DNA of 61,942 nucleotides, counting the filler. It is 6 parts of 6 records of this genome, joined end to end, with 100 filler letters (N's around TTAATTAATTAA, not from the genome) between each part and the next. Parts side by side here need not be neighbours in the genome. Positions count along the whole stretch, not along the records: positions 8,821 to 24,068 come from SRR31156797_15024; 5 more parts are not named here. One strand, written 5' to 3'. Position 1 is the stretch's first letter. Each line of letters starts with the position of its first letter. A program made the translations under genes and the position numbers. Below, one piece after another: positions 10,391 through 19,614 of the stretch. The notes beneath the pieces are model-generated. The model had not been told where the DNA came from. It saw only the letters and a program-made list of their open reading frames with translations, and did no database searches.

Positions 10391-12741
10391 AGCTCTCCCT
10401 CCTTAAGTTCGGAACCAATTGGCCCGATTTCTTTGAGGTACTCAACAAAATCCTCTATGGAACTGGCAAAGCGCTCACCTTCAGAGGCAGATATCCATTC
10501 AACTTTAAGGCGCTGTGGATCAATCCCTACATCACCAAGCATTTCCTGGAGTGACTCCATCCTGTTTTTGGCATTGTAATTGGCAAAGATATAATGACAT
10601 TCCCCAAGACGGCACCCGGCAACAAGGACACCATCAGCTCCGCTTTCAAGTGCTTCAAGGACAAAAGACGGGTCAACACGTCCTGCACACATGACACGGA
10701 TTGTACGTATGTTTGTGGGGTACTGAATTCGTGAAGTACCTGCAAGGTCTGCACAGGTATAGCTACACCAGTTGCAGAGGAAAGCAATAATAAGCGGGAA
10801 CTCGGATTTGACTTCGGTGGCTGCATGTATCTGGGCAACTATCTGCTCATCAGTACTGTTACGCATCCATATTGCATCAACAGGGCATGAGGCACTGCAG
10901 GCTCCGCATCCCTTGCATGAAAGCTCATCAACAACGGCTTTCTGGTCAACAAGGGTTATCTTGTTGAACTTGCAGACATCAGCACAAATTCCACACCCAA
11001 TGCATTTTTCAGGATTTACATGGGCACTGAGAGGATCCATCTCCAGTTCTCCTTTGGAAAGCAACTGCATTGCTTTAGCAGCAGCAGCACTTCCCTGTGC
11101 GATGGACACCTGTATCTCTTTTGGACCGGAAGCACATCCTGCAATATATATTCCTTTTACGTGCGAGTCTACGGGTCTCATCTTCGGGTGGGCTATTGAA
11201 AAGAAACGATCGGTACGCCTTGTCAGATTCAGTATTCTTGATATTTTGTCAGCGTCTTTCACATTTTCCATTCCGGTTGCAAGGACTACAAGATCTGAAG
11301 CTTCTTCAAATATTTCACCGCTCAGGGTGTCTTCATACCGAAGCTGCAACCTGTCCTGACCGTCTTTCAGTATCTCCCCTACCTTCCCACGGATAAAATT
11401 AATACCCATCTCCTGACTGCGGATGTAATATTCCTCATACATCTCGCCTCCTGCACGTACGTCTATGTAGTGAATATCGATTTCTATGCCAGGATAACGT
11501 TCCCTGAGAAGCTGCGCATTCTTCATGCTGGACATGCAGCATACTCTGGAACAATATGGGTTTCCAACTTTTTCATCCCTTGAGCCGACACACTGAATGA
11601 ACGATACTTTTTTCGGTACTTCCAGTGTTGATGGGGAGAACACTTTTCCTTTTGTTGGACCAGCTGCATTGAGCAGGCGTTCAAGCTCCATGTTTGTGAT
11701 AACTCCGGGGTAGACGCCATAGCCATACTCCTGTTTGCGGGAGGCATCAAAGTGGCTGTAACCGCTTGCAAGTATAATGGCCCCAACGGTAAATTCAAGA
11801 GTTTCTTCCTTCTGGTGATAGTCTATTGCTTCAGCGGGACAGGCCTGTTTACACAATCCGCAACCAACGCAGTATTCATTGTCAATATAGACTACCTGGG
11901 GTACTGCCTGGGGTATTGGCATGTTGATAGCTTTTGTTTTACCAAGTCCTGAATCAAAGCGGTTTGCTATCTCTACGGGACAGACACGACCGCATTCATC
12001 CACACAACCCTTACATTTATCCTCAATCACGTATCTGGGTTTTCTGCTGACCTTTACATGGAAATTACCCACAGGACCTGTTATCTCGGTGACCTCTGCA
12101 AGGGTGATAAGATCGATATCCGGATGCTGGTCTACGTCCGTCATTTTAGGAGCAAGCACACAGATAGAGCAATCGTTAGTGGGGAACACTTCGTTAAGCA
12201 GTGCCATTTTTCCACCGATGGTGGGCTCTTTCTCAACCACATAGACATGATGGCCTGCGTTTGCAAGTGTAAGTGAAGCTTCTATTCCGGCAACACCTCC
12301 TCCGATGACAAGCACATCTTTTGTTGCAGGGACTTTCTTAAGCTGCAGCGGATCCAACAACTTGAGTCTGGCTATTCCCATCCTGATAAGATCAAATGCC
12401 TTCTGGGTTGCCATCTGCGGGTCGTCCATGTGAACCCACGAGCATTGCTCACGAATGTTGACCATTTCCAGCATAAAAGGATTGAGACCCGCTTTTTCAA
12501 GCACTCTCTTGAATGTCTGTTCGTGCAAATGTGGAGAACAGGCTGCCACAAGAATATGATTAAGATCAAGATCAGTTATATCCTGGACTATGGATTCCTG
12601 TCCAGAATCAGAACACATGAACTGTATGTTTTTTACTACTTTTACGCCGTCGAGTTCACTGACCTTGTCCCTGAGCGATTCAACGTTTATAGTATGTGCT
12701 ATGTTCAGTCCGCAATGACAGATGTAAACTCCAATTCGCAT
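10387..12741 (-). CDS. hdrA: Heterodisulfide reductase subunit A fused to MvhD (HdrA2-type)
   Basis: MRIGVYICHCG, AACSP, NIREQCSWVH, FAD GGGVAG, FPTNDCSICVL, QCVGSRD, CSRVCCM; C-terminal MvhD domain FLCNWCSY...RVMCAGRV...GCRLGECHY...WISASEG. Confidence 0.95.
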   Translation of the reverse strand: MRIGVYICHCGLNIAHTINVESLRDKVSELDGVKVVKNIQFMCSDSGQESIVQDITDLDLNHILVAACSPHLHEQTFKRVLEKAGLNPFMLEMVNIREQCSWVHMDDPQMATQKAFDLIRMGIARLKLLDPLQLKKVPATKDVLVIGGGVAGIEASLTLANAGHHVYVVEKEPTIGGKMALLNEVFPTNDCSICVLAPKMTDVDQHPDIDLITLAEVTEITGPVGNFHVKVSRKPRYVIEDKCKGCVDECGRVCPVEIANRFDSGLGKTKAINMPIPQAVPQVVYIDNEYCVGCGLCKQACPAEAIDYHQKEETLEFTVGAIILASGYSHFDASRKQEYGYGVYPGVITNMELERLLNAAGPTKGKVFSPSTLEVPKKVSFIQCVGSRDEKVGNPYCSRVCCMSSMKNAQLLRERYPGIEIDIHYIDVRAGGEMYEEYYIRSQEMGINFIRGKVGEILKDGQDRLQLRYEDTLSGEIFEEASDLVVLATGMENVKDADKISRILNLTRRTDRFFSIAHPKMRPVDSHVKGIYIAGCASGPKEIQVSIAQGSAAAAKAMQLLSKGELEMDPLSAHVNPEKCIGCGICADVCKFNKITLVDQKAVVDELSCKGCGACSASCPVDAIWMRNSTDEQIVAQIHAATEVKSEFPLIIAFLCNWCSYTCADLAGTSRIQYPTNIRTIRVMCAGRVDPSFVLEALESGADGVLVAGCRLGECHYIFANYNAKNRMESLQEMLGDVGIDPQRLKVEWISASEGERFASSIEDFVEYLKEIGPIGSELKEGEL

Positions 12742-12884
12742 ATAGTTGGCTCCTTATAGCAGGAAATGATGACCTGAGCAAAGATATAGTTTTGGATAAG
12801 TTGCGAAAAACCATTTGACCAATTTACCGACTGATTAAAGTGCACACTTTTAATTTATTATTGTTATATACGTATTGATGCTAA

Positions 12885-12920
12885 CAGTTTGACTAATGCC
12901 CACAATGTTTTATATATAGT
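12885..12920 (+). promoter_or_regulatory. Repeated archaeal promoter unit, copy 1 (upstream motif + TATA box)
   Basis: CAGTTTGACTAATGCCCACAATGTTTTATATATAGT, related to the copies at 13125 and 13308. Confidence 0.5.
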
Positions 12921-12937
12921 AAGTTATAATATAGATC

Positions 12938-13035
12938 GTTTTACCTTTCCGTGCATAAATGCGCAGAAAGTTGTGGAGAGGGTGTGTTGATTTCTCTCCA
13001 CCTTCCTATATTATTCCTTATTTTAGCCATTTTCA
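12938..13035 (+). ncRNA. Candidate small RNA (or small-peptide mRNA) 1
   Basis: Begins about 25 nt after a TATA box. Hairpins TTTCCGTGCA-TAAA-TGCGCAGAAA (12946-12969) and GTGGAGAGGG...TTCTCTCCAC (12973-13001, with G-U pairs on +), then a pyrimidine-rich tail. Ends are approximate. Confidence 0.4.
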
Positions 13036-13124
13036 TCCTAAGTGTGTATTCTTATTTCATCAATTGGTGTTGCTATATAAGCACAGTTTAGTTTTGTATC
13101 GTGTCAGAGGACTAACATTGTAAA

Positions 13125-13160
13125 CAGTTAAATCAATGGCCATAATGGTTTTAATATAAA
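13125..13160 (+). promoter_or_regulatory. Repeated archaeal promoter unit, copy 2
   Basis: CAGTTAAATCAATGGC (16/16 identical to 13308-13323) followed by TTTTAATATAAA. Confidence 0.55.
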
Positions 13161-13176
13161 TCTGTGTACAATGAAT

Positions 13177-13307
13177 TGTTTGTACCCAACCAACAAACTT
13201 GCACGGAAATTAAGGGAGGAGGAGAACTTTTTGTCTTCTTCTTCCAACCATGCATAAGAAGTCTAAGACTCCTCAACAAAATTGTTCCTCCTTTTCACTT
13301 TTTTTTT
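13177..13307 (+). ncRNA. Candidate small RNA 2
   Basis: GTTTGT/ACAAAC hairpin with a C-rich loop; 12-bp hairpin GGGAGGAGGAGA/TCTTCTTCTTCC (13214-13245) that is fully paired only on + (3 G-U); ends in an oligo-T archaeal terminator. Ends are approximate. Confidence 0.45.
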
Positions 13308-13340
13308 CAGTTAAATCAATGGCTATAAAAGCTATATAGT
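13308..13340 (+). promoter_or_regulatory. Repeated archaeal promoter unit, copy 3 (drives secreted protein + wHTH operon)
   Basis: CAGTTAAATCAATGGC followed by TATAAAAGCTATATAGT. Confidence 0.55.
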
Positions 13341-13374
13341 GCAAGGTCTCATCCTTTTTTGCTAATCAGGAATA

Positions 13375-13854
13375 ATGATTAGCAGGATACAAACCATGAG
13401 AAAAATAGCAATAGGATTTATAGTATTTTTGCTTTGTATTTCAGTTGCAAGTGCAAGTACAGCTGAAAAAGAAACAGGTTTCTCCCTGACCACTACTGCA
13501 GAGGATTTAGGATATAAGATCGTTCCTATAAAGGTGGATGACAGTGGTGTTGGAGTCAGAACTGTTTTTGATACCATCACACAAGGAGAAACTAACTGGC
13601 ATGGAAAAACTATTAATTCATATACAGAGTCCATAAAGGTCGATCTTAACTGGGGTGACACAAGTGATTCACTTAAACTATACGTGTATGATCCAAGTTA
13701 TCACCATATTGGAACTTTCTATGATATGTCAGATGGAAACATTAATGGAAGGATAACTTTTTATATCCTCAATGATGACGGAGTTCAGCAGGGTACTTGG
13801 ATATATAGGGTGTATGGTTATTCCGTTACTGGAACGGAAGATTATTCTATATGA
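13375..13854 (+). CDS. Secreted PPC-like (pre-peptidase C-terminal) beta-sandwich protein
   Basis: Signal peptide MRKIAIGFIVFLLCISVASA (probable start 13396); DTITQGETNWH, VDLNWGD...SLKL, GTWIYRVYG, a pattern seen in Methanosarcinaceae proteins. Confidence 0.7.
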   Translation: MISRIQTMRKIAIGFIVFLLCISVASASTAEKETGFSLTTTAEDLGYKIVPIKVDDSGVGVRTVFDTITQGETNWHGKTINSYTESIKVDLNWGDTSDSLKLYVYDPSYHHIGTFYDMSDGNINGRITFYILNDDGVQQGTWIYRVYGYSVTGTEDYSI

Positions 13855-14576
13855 TATTGTCTATGAGAGTTATGAATAAAATCCCTCTTCTTTTTTTATT
13901 TTTCATATTTTCGATGTCGTTATGTTCTGCTGAACATTCAATTTCTTATAATGAAGACAAAACAAAAGTGATGGATTCAGATGGTGCTGATACCAATTTC
14001 TCTTTTTGGGATCTTCCATTATATTTCCAAATGATAGCCATCGCTGCAACCATTCTCGCACTCGGATGGAAACTTGTGGCAATACTCACCGCCTGGACAA
14101 AAAAAGATCTAAAGAACGAGAATCGTCTGAAGATATTAAATTTCATCGAAGTTAACCCCGGGAGCACAGTCAATTCAATTGAAAAGGACCTTGGGATTAA
14201 AAGGGGTACTGTGCGGTATCATGTAAATAACTTAAAAGATACAGGCAAGATATTGATGTTCAGGAACGGTAATTATGTGAGTCTGTTCAAGAATCATGCT
14301 GCCCTGTGGGACACAAATAAGAAGCAAACAATTGAAGATCACATGCCGGGTGTGACCTGTAAAAAGGTTTGCAGTCTGATTTACGAGAATCCAGGCATAA
14401 CCAATAAAGAGATCGCAGATGAATTGGGGATTACAAGGTCTGCAGTTGCTTCACACATAAGGACCCTTGAAGATATGGAATGCTTGCAGGTTCAGCCAAG
14501 CGGCAAGTCCAAAAACTACTATTTGGACGAAGATTACCATCCCGATGAATTGCCTTTCTATAAACTAGTGCATTAG
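13851..14576 (+). CDS. Membrane-anchored double winged-helix transcriptional regulator
   Basis: Two N-terminal hydrophobic segments, then wHTH 1 (NENRLKILNFIEVNPG...RGTVRYHVNNL) and wHTH 2 (ENPGITNKEIADELGITRSAVASHIRTL); ATGA overlap with the upstream gene. Confidence 0.85.
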   Translation: MILSMRVMNKIPLLFLFFIFSMSLCSAEHSISYNEDKTKVMDSDGADTNFSFWDLPLYFQMIAIAATILALGWKLVAILTAWTKKDLKNENRLKILNFIEVNPGSTVNSIEKDLGIKRGTVRYHVNNLKDTGKILMFRNGNYVSLFKNHAALWDTNKKQTIEDHMPGVTCKKVCSLIYENPGITNKEIADELGITRSAVASHIRTLEDMECLQVQPSGKSKNYYLDEDYHPDELPFYKLVH

Positions 14577-14830
14577 CAACGAAATTGTTTGGATCTTCTT
14601 TCCAGATAGATTTATAATGTCTGAATACTATTTTTACACGGGTAAATGTATGGGAATGGAGAGTGTATGCTGTATTTCTGAATGTTTTCCATTGACGATG
14701 AATCGGGAGTAAGTCATTGTAGATGGAACTTTTTGTAATTTCATGTACAGGTATCCAGTTGGAAACTTTCCACTATATATGCAAGTATACCTAATATACT
14801 GGTATCTTAAAGATATCAAACGTAAGAAGC

Positions 14831-16528
14831 ATGGTGAATAAAATGTTCTGTTATCAATGTGAAGAAACTTTGAATGCCACCGGTTGTACAAAGAACGGTG
14901 TCTGTGGAAAGAAAGCTGAAGTTGCAGACCTTCAGGATGATCTTATCTATGTCCTGAAAAGTATTGCATTCTACAACTCTAAGGCAAGAGCAAACGGTCT
15001 GAATGATGCCAAGACCGATGAGTTTATCCTTGACGGGCTTTTTGCTACCGTTACAAACACCAATTTCAGCAAAGCTGATTTTGAGAAAATGATCAACGAA
15101 GGTTTTGAGCTAAAGGATGGTATTAAAAAGAAACTCGTTGATGCAAATATTATCAATGAAAAGTCAGGCTCATCTTTCCCTAAGTGGATAAAAGAAAAAC
15201 TTCTTGGAACAAGCCCAAATGCAGGTGAGGAATTGCCAATAATGGCAAAGGTCACAGCAGAGAGTATTGCTAACATTAATACCGGGATACTTGCTACTGA
15301 GAATGAAGATATCCGTTCCCTCCGGGAATTGCTTGTCTACGGCCTTAAAGGTATGGCTGCCTATGCTCATCATGCCAATGTCCTTGGTCACAAGGATGAC
15401 AATGTAATGGCATTCTTTGAAAAAGCTCTCCTTGCAACAATGGACGATGCGATGGGTGTCGATGAACTTGTTCCAATAGTACTTGAATGTGGTTCACAGG
15501 GTGTCACTACCATGGCACTACTTGACAAGGCAAACACCACAGCCTACGGTAACCCGGAGCCAACTGCAGTAAATATTGGTGTAAAGGACAATCCTGGCAT
15601 CCTTATCAGTGGGCATGATCTACATGACCTTGCACAGCTGCTTGAGCAGACACAGGGAACTGGTGTTGATGTTTACACTCATGGTGAAATGCTTCCGGCA
15701 AATTCTTACCCTGCTTTCAAGAAATATGATAATTTCGTTGGCAACTATGGTGGTTCATGGTGGAGGCAAAAAGAAGAGTTCGAGAAATTCAATGGTCCTA
15801 TATTTATGACCACGAATTGTATTGTTCCTCCAAAAGACAGCTACATTGAGAGGATATATACAACAGGTGTAGTCGGTTTTGACGGTGTAGCCCGCATCGA
15901 TGCTGATGAGAATGGAGCTAAAGACTTCTCATCCATCATCGAGCAGGCAAAGACATGCAAAGCACCTGAGCAGCTTGAGGAAGGCACCATCATGGGCGGT
16001 TTTGCTCATGTATCCGCACTTTCTGTAGCCGATAAGATAATCGAAGCTGTCAAGGGCGGAGATATCAAGAAGTTCGTAGTCATGGCGGGCTGTGACGGAA
16101 GACACAAGGAAAGGAACTACTACACCGACTTTGCAGAAGCTCTTCCAAAGGACACTGTCATCCTCACAGCAGGATGCGCAAAATACCGTTATAACAAACT
16201 CGATCTAGGTGACATTGGTGGAATTCCAAGGGTAATTGATGCAGGTCAGTGTAATGACTCCTATTCACTGGTTGTCATAGCACAGGCACTTGCAGAGGCA
16301 TTCGGACTTGATGACATCAATGACCTGCCAGTATCATACAATATTGCATGGTATGAGCAGAAGGCATGCCTTGTTCTGCTTGCCCTGCTGAGTCTTGGTG
16401 TCAAGAACATCATGCTTGGTCCGACACTCCCGGCATTTGTTTCACCGAATGTTCTTAATGTCCTTGTTGAGAACTTCAACATAAGACCAAACTCAACAGT
16501 TGAAGAGGACCTCGGCATCCTCATCTAA
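14831..16528 (+). CDS. hcp: Hybrid cluster protein (hydroxylamine/NO reductase), class I
   Basis: MFCYQCEET...GCT...GVCGK (Cx2Cx8Cx5C), [52 protein letters not shown]. Confidence 0.97.
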   Translation: MVNKMFCYQCEETLNATGCTKNGVCGKKAEVADLQDDLIYVLKSIAFYNSKARANGLNDAKTDEFILDGLFATVTNTNFSKADFEKMINEGFELKDGIKKKLVDANIINEKSGSSFPKWIKEKLLGTSPNAGEELPIMAKVTAESIANINTGILATENEDIRSLRELLVYGLKGMAAYAHHANVLGHKDDNVMAFFEKALLATMDDAMGVDELVPIVLECGSQGVTTMALLDKANTTAYGNPEPTAVNIGVKDNPGILISGHDLHDLAQLLEQTQGTGVDVYTHGEMLPANSYPAFKKYDNFVGNYGGSWWRQKEEFEKFNGPIFMTTNCIVPPKDSYIERIYTTGVVGFDGVARIDADENGAKDFSSIIEQAKTCKAPEQLEEGTIMGGFAHVSALSVADKIIEAVKGGDIKKFVVMAGCDGRHKERNYYTDFAEALPKDTVILTAGCAKYRYNKLDLGDIGGIPRVIDAGQCNDSYSLVVIAQALAEAFGLDDINDLPVSYNIAWYEQKACLVLLALLSLGVKNIMLGPTLPAFVSPNVLNVLVENFNIRPNSTVEEDLGILI

Positions 16529-16594
16529 GCTTTGTACAGCAGTTCTTAGTAAGGTTTATTAAAACCTTCTTTTTTTATTAAAGGAAGTGAATGA

Positions 16595-16933
16595 ATGAAG
16601 ATGACAAGTTATACTAATGCAGAGAAGAAAGACAATCCTCATGGAGTTACTGTGCACAAGCTCTATGATACCGAACACGCTCAGGTTATGCATATGCAGC
16701 TAAAACCGGGTGATGCTCTTAAAAAGCATTCCACCCCTGTAGATGTCTTCTTCTATGTTCTTGAAGGTGAAGGCATAGTTGAGATCGGTGATGAGCAACA
16801 GACTGTCAAAAAGGATATGCTCATTGAGAGTCCTGCAAAGATCCCTCACAGGCTAATAAATGAAAGTGATGGTCTTTTCCGTGTTCTTGTGACGAAGGTC
16901 CCACGCCAGACCGAACAGACAAAGATGGTATAA
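16595..16933 (+). CDS. Cupin domain protein (hcp-associated)
   Basis: LKPGDALKKHSTPVDVFFYVLEGEG...PAKIPHRL cupin motifs. Confidence 0.85.
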   Translation: MKMTSYTNAEKKDNPHGVTVHKLYDTEHAQVMHMQLKPGDALKKHSTPVDVFFYVLEGEGIVEIGDEQQTVKKDMLIESPAKIPHRLINESDGLFRVLVTKVPRQTEQTKMV

Positions 16934-17077
16934 GCCGGTATCCGGCTTTCATACCTATCAAAAACTGTTCCTTGCAGATCCGGAATTTATTGATTAATGA
17001 ATCTCTGTGCGAAGTACATAAATAATGATATCCTGAATATATCTTTCATACTTATATCAACTTACAGGAGATCATCT

Positions 17078-17356
17078 ATGACAGACCTTGCACCAATTAT
17101 GGAAAAAACGCACGAATGGGCATCCAAATACGCAAAGAAAAAGGGTTTTATCCTTAATCCTGATGAAGAGATGCTTCAAATGGTCATTGAGGGGCTTGCC
17201 AAGAACAAGGAGGAACATGGCAAACAGTTTTGTCCTTGCAGGTTGAGGACCGGCGATGATGCAGAGGACCGTAAGATAATCTGTCCATGTATCTACCACC
17301 ATGATGAAATTGAAAACGATGGTAGTTGTCACTGCTCTTTGTTCTTCAGGGTCTGA
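17078..17356 (+). CDS. Ferredoxin:thioredoxin reductase catalytic-subunit family protein
   Basis: CPC...CPC...CHC motifs; start moved to ATG 17078 after the AGGAG SD. Confidence 0.9.
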   Translation: MTDLAPIMEKTHEWASKYAKKKGFILNPDEEMLQMVIEGLAKNKEEHGKQFCPCRLRTGDDAEDRKIICPCIYHHDEIENDGSCHCSLFFRV

Positions 17357-17423
17357 AAGCATCTGATCAAAAAAAGGTTCTTGAACTAAGGTATAATAAA
17401 CACATTTCCAGAAGGTGACAATA

Positions 17424-17885
17424 ATGGCAAATGTAATGGAGATATACCAGTTACTCCCAAAAACGAACTGTAAAGAGTGTGGGAAGACCACATGTATGGC
17501 ATTTGCTGTTGATCTCTTGGGACGCAAGGTAAAAGTGGATGATTGTCCTCCGCTTGTGAATGAAGATAAACACAAGGCAAATTACGAGAAGTTGTCAGAG
17601 ATGTTTGCTTCTGTGAAGGACGTCACTGAGACTGGCCTTATCGTTCACAACGAGAAGTGCATTGGTTGTGGTAATTGTGTTGTTGCATGTCCTGTTAACG
17701 TTGCCAATGATCCTCTTGGTGCAGGAAGCGGAAAAGCACCAACATCTGAAAAGGTCATCTTCAAAGTTGAGGATGGTGTGGTACAGGCAAGAAACGTGCA
17801 GGAGTGCCGTCGTTTCGGTGAGAACAAGATTCTTTGTGTTGCCTGCATAGATACATGCCCTACAAAGGCGATAGAGTTCATTTGA
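17424..17885 (+). CDS. fwdG: Fe-S protein FwdG/FmdG-like (LPKTNC domain + 2x[4Fe-4S])
   Basis: YQLLPKTNCKECGKTTCMAFA, CIGCGNCVVACPVN, CVACIDTCP; immediately upstream of fwdB. Confidence 0.8.
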   Translation: MANVMEIYQLLPKTNCKECGKTTCMAFAVDLLGRKVKVDDCPPLVNEDKHKANYEKLSEMFASVKDVTETGLIVHNEKCIGCGNCVVACPVNVANDPLGAGSGKAPTSEKVIFKVEDGVVQARNVQECRRFGENKILCVACIDTCPTKAIEFI

Positions 17886-17919
17886 ACTTTTCTTTCTTAT
17901 TTTCAAGTGTGGTGATGAT

Positions 17920-19170
17920 TTGAGTGAATATTATGTTTGCACAGGCTGCGCTCTTCTATGTGATGATATAGAAGTGGAGACAGAAGATAACAAGGTAACT
18001 AAGGTTCATGCTGCTTGCCTGAAAGGTGTTGCACGCATGAAAGGATGCAACGATTCGATGGAATGTATGATCAATGGTGAAACAGCAGATGTTAATAATG
18101 CCATCGAAAAAGCTGCTGAGATACTTCGTAATGCGAAGAGTCCGCTGATATTCGGACACGGCAATTCCAGTTCTGAAGCTCAGAAAAAGTCCATTACTCT
18201 TGCAAAGAAGACCGGTGCATACATCGATGATACTTCTTCGTTCTGTCAGGGTCCTATAATAGAGGCAATACTTCAGGAAAGAATAAAGACATGTACCCTT
18301 GATGATATCAGACACAAGGCCGATGTAATAATATTCTGGGGTGCAGATCCTTCTAATTCACACCCACGTCACCTTTCAAGATATTCCTATTTCCCGCGTG
18401 GCAAGGAACGTCAGAGAGGCTGGGAAGAGGACAGGACCGCTATTACAATTGATGTAAGGAAATCCGATACTGCTGTTATATCCGGTGACAACCGCTTCTA
18501 TCAGATACCCATGGCTGGAGATGCGGAGTTCATGGAGGCTCTTGTTAGTGCACTATCAGGAAAAGTTCCCAAAACATCCTATGGTTTTGATGTAAAAAGG
18601 ATACTGGAACTGTCGAGTGTTCTGAAAAAGGCAAAGTTCGGTGTTATCTGCGTTGGTCTGGGACTCATATACTCCCTTGATGAACTTGAACCATTGTTCA
18701 CATTGATGGATAAACTCAATGAGCTATCCGATTTTAACTTGATTCCAATGGTTGGACAATACAATATGAGAGGCTTCGATCACAATCTCTATGAAGAGAC
18801 CGGATACATCAACCGTCTTAAGTTCGATCCTGAGACCGGCGAAGCAGAACATGGAGCTGAACACTCGGTTGTAGAGGCTCTCAGGACTAAGTCTGTAGAT
18901 GCAGCTCTTATCATAGGCTCTGATCCATTGTCAAGCCTTCCACTTTCTGTTGCACGCTATCTTGCGGAGATTCCGCTCATCACCATTGACCCTTGTCAGA
19001 ACCTTACAGCAACAAGGTCCACTGTAACCATTCCCTGTGCCCTTGGTGGCGTAGAGACAGGCGGCACTGCCATTCGAATGGATGGCGTGGAGATCGAAAT
19101 GAAAAAGATTATTGATACCGAAAATCTCTCTGATGAGGAGATACTTACAAGGATCACGGAGGCGATCTGA
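17920..19170 (+). CDS. fwdB: Formylmethanofuran dehydrogenase subunit B (Mo/W-pterin)
   Basis: VCTGCALLCDDI, SSFCQGP (Cys metal ligand), ADVIIFWGADPSNSHPRHLSRYS, GTAIRMDG; TTG start after the GGTGA SD. Confidence 0.93.
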   Translation: MSEYYVCTGCALLCDDIEVETEDNKVTKVHAACLKGVARMKGCNDSMECMINGETADVNNAIEKAAEILRNAKSPLIFGHGNSSSEAQKKSITLAKKTGAYIDDTSSFCQGPIIEAILQERIKTCTLDDIRHKADVIIFWGADPSNSHPRHLSRYSYFPRGKERQRGWEEDRTAITIDVRKSDTAVISGDNRFYQIPMAGDAEFMEALVSALSGKVPKTSYGFDVKRILELSSVLKKAKFGVICVGLGLIYSLDELEPLFTLMDKLNELSDFNLIPMVGQYNMRGFDHNLYEETGYINRLKFDPETGEAEHGAEHSVVEALRTKSVDAALIIGSDPLSSLPLSVARYLAEIPLITIDPCQNLTATRSTVTIPCALGGVETGGTAIRMDGVEIEMKKIIDTENLSDEEILTRITEAI

Positions 19171-19574
19171 TGGGTTTTGGACAATTCCTTGCATCACCAG
19201 AAATTAAACTGAAGGTCGTAACCTACAGGGATGTGTTCCAGAACACTGCTCAGGAGACATCACGTTTTGGTGAGGAATATGAGCAACTTTCAGCTGTGAT
19301 CAAACTTGACCCAAAGGATATCTCCAGACTTGCTATTAAGGAAGGGGATACTGTGGTTGTGAAGAACACTTTTGGAAAAGTGGTTGTAATAGCGCAGAGT
19401 TCGGGATATGATGAAGCTCATCCGGGAATCGCCTATATGGTGAACGGTCCTTGGTCCAATGCCCTTGTACCTGATGAGACCGGCGGTACGGGTGTTCCTA
19501 AGTTCAAGGACTTTGAGGCCACCGTGCAGGGAGCAAAGGGTGAGACGGTTACAGGGATAAATGATATCTTTTGA
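19170..19574 (+). CDS. fwdD: Formylmethanofuran dehydrogenase subunit D (molybdopterin dinucleotide-binding)
   Basis: GDTVVVKNTFGKVVV, GPWSNALV...TGGTGVPKFK; 1-nt overlap with the fwdB stop. Confidence 0.88.
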   Translation: MGFGQFLASPEIKLKVVTYRDVFQNTAQETSRFGEEYEQLSAVIKLDPKDISRLAIKEGDTVVVKNTFGKVVVIAQSSGYDEAHPGIAYMVNGPWSNALVPDETGGTGVPKFKDFEATVQGAKGETVTGINDIF

Positions 19575-19614
19575 TAATCTCTTTTCTTCTTTTTAGTGCC
19601 CAATGATCTGTATT

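Noticed and set aside
14574-14576. TAG stops in the Methanosarcinaceae contig as possible pyrrolysine codons
   Set aside because: Those examined (e.g. the wHTH gene) end complete domains and hit another stop soon after; no methylamine methyltransferase context.
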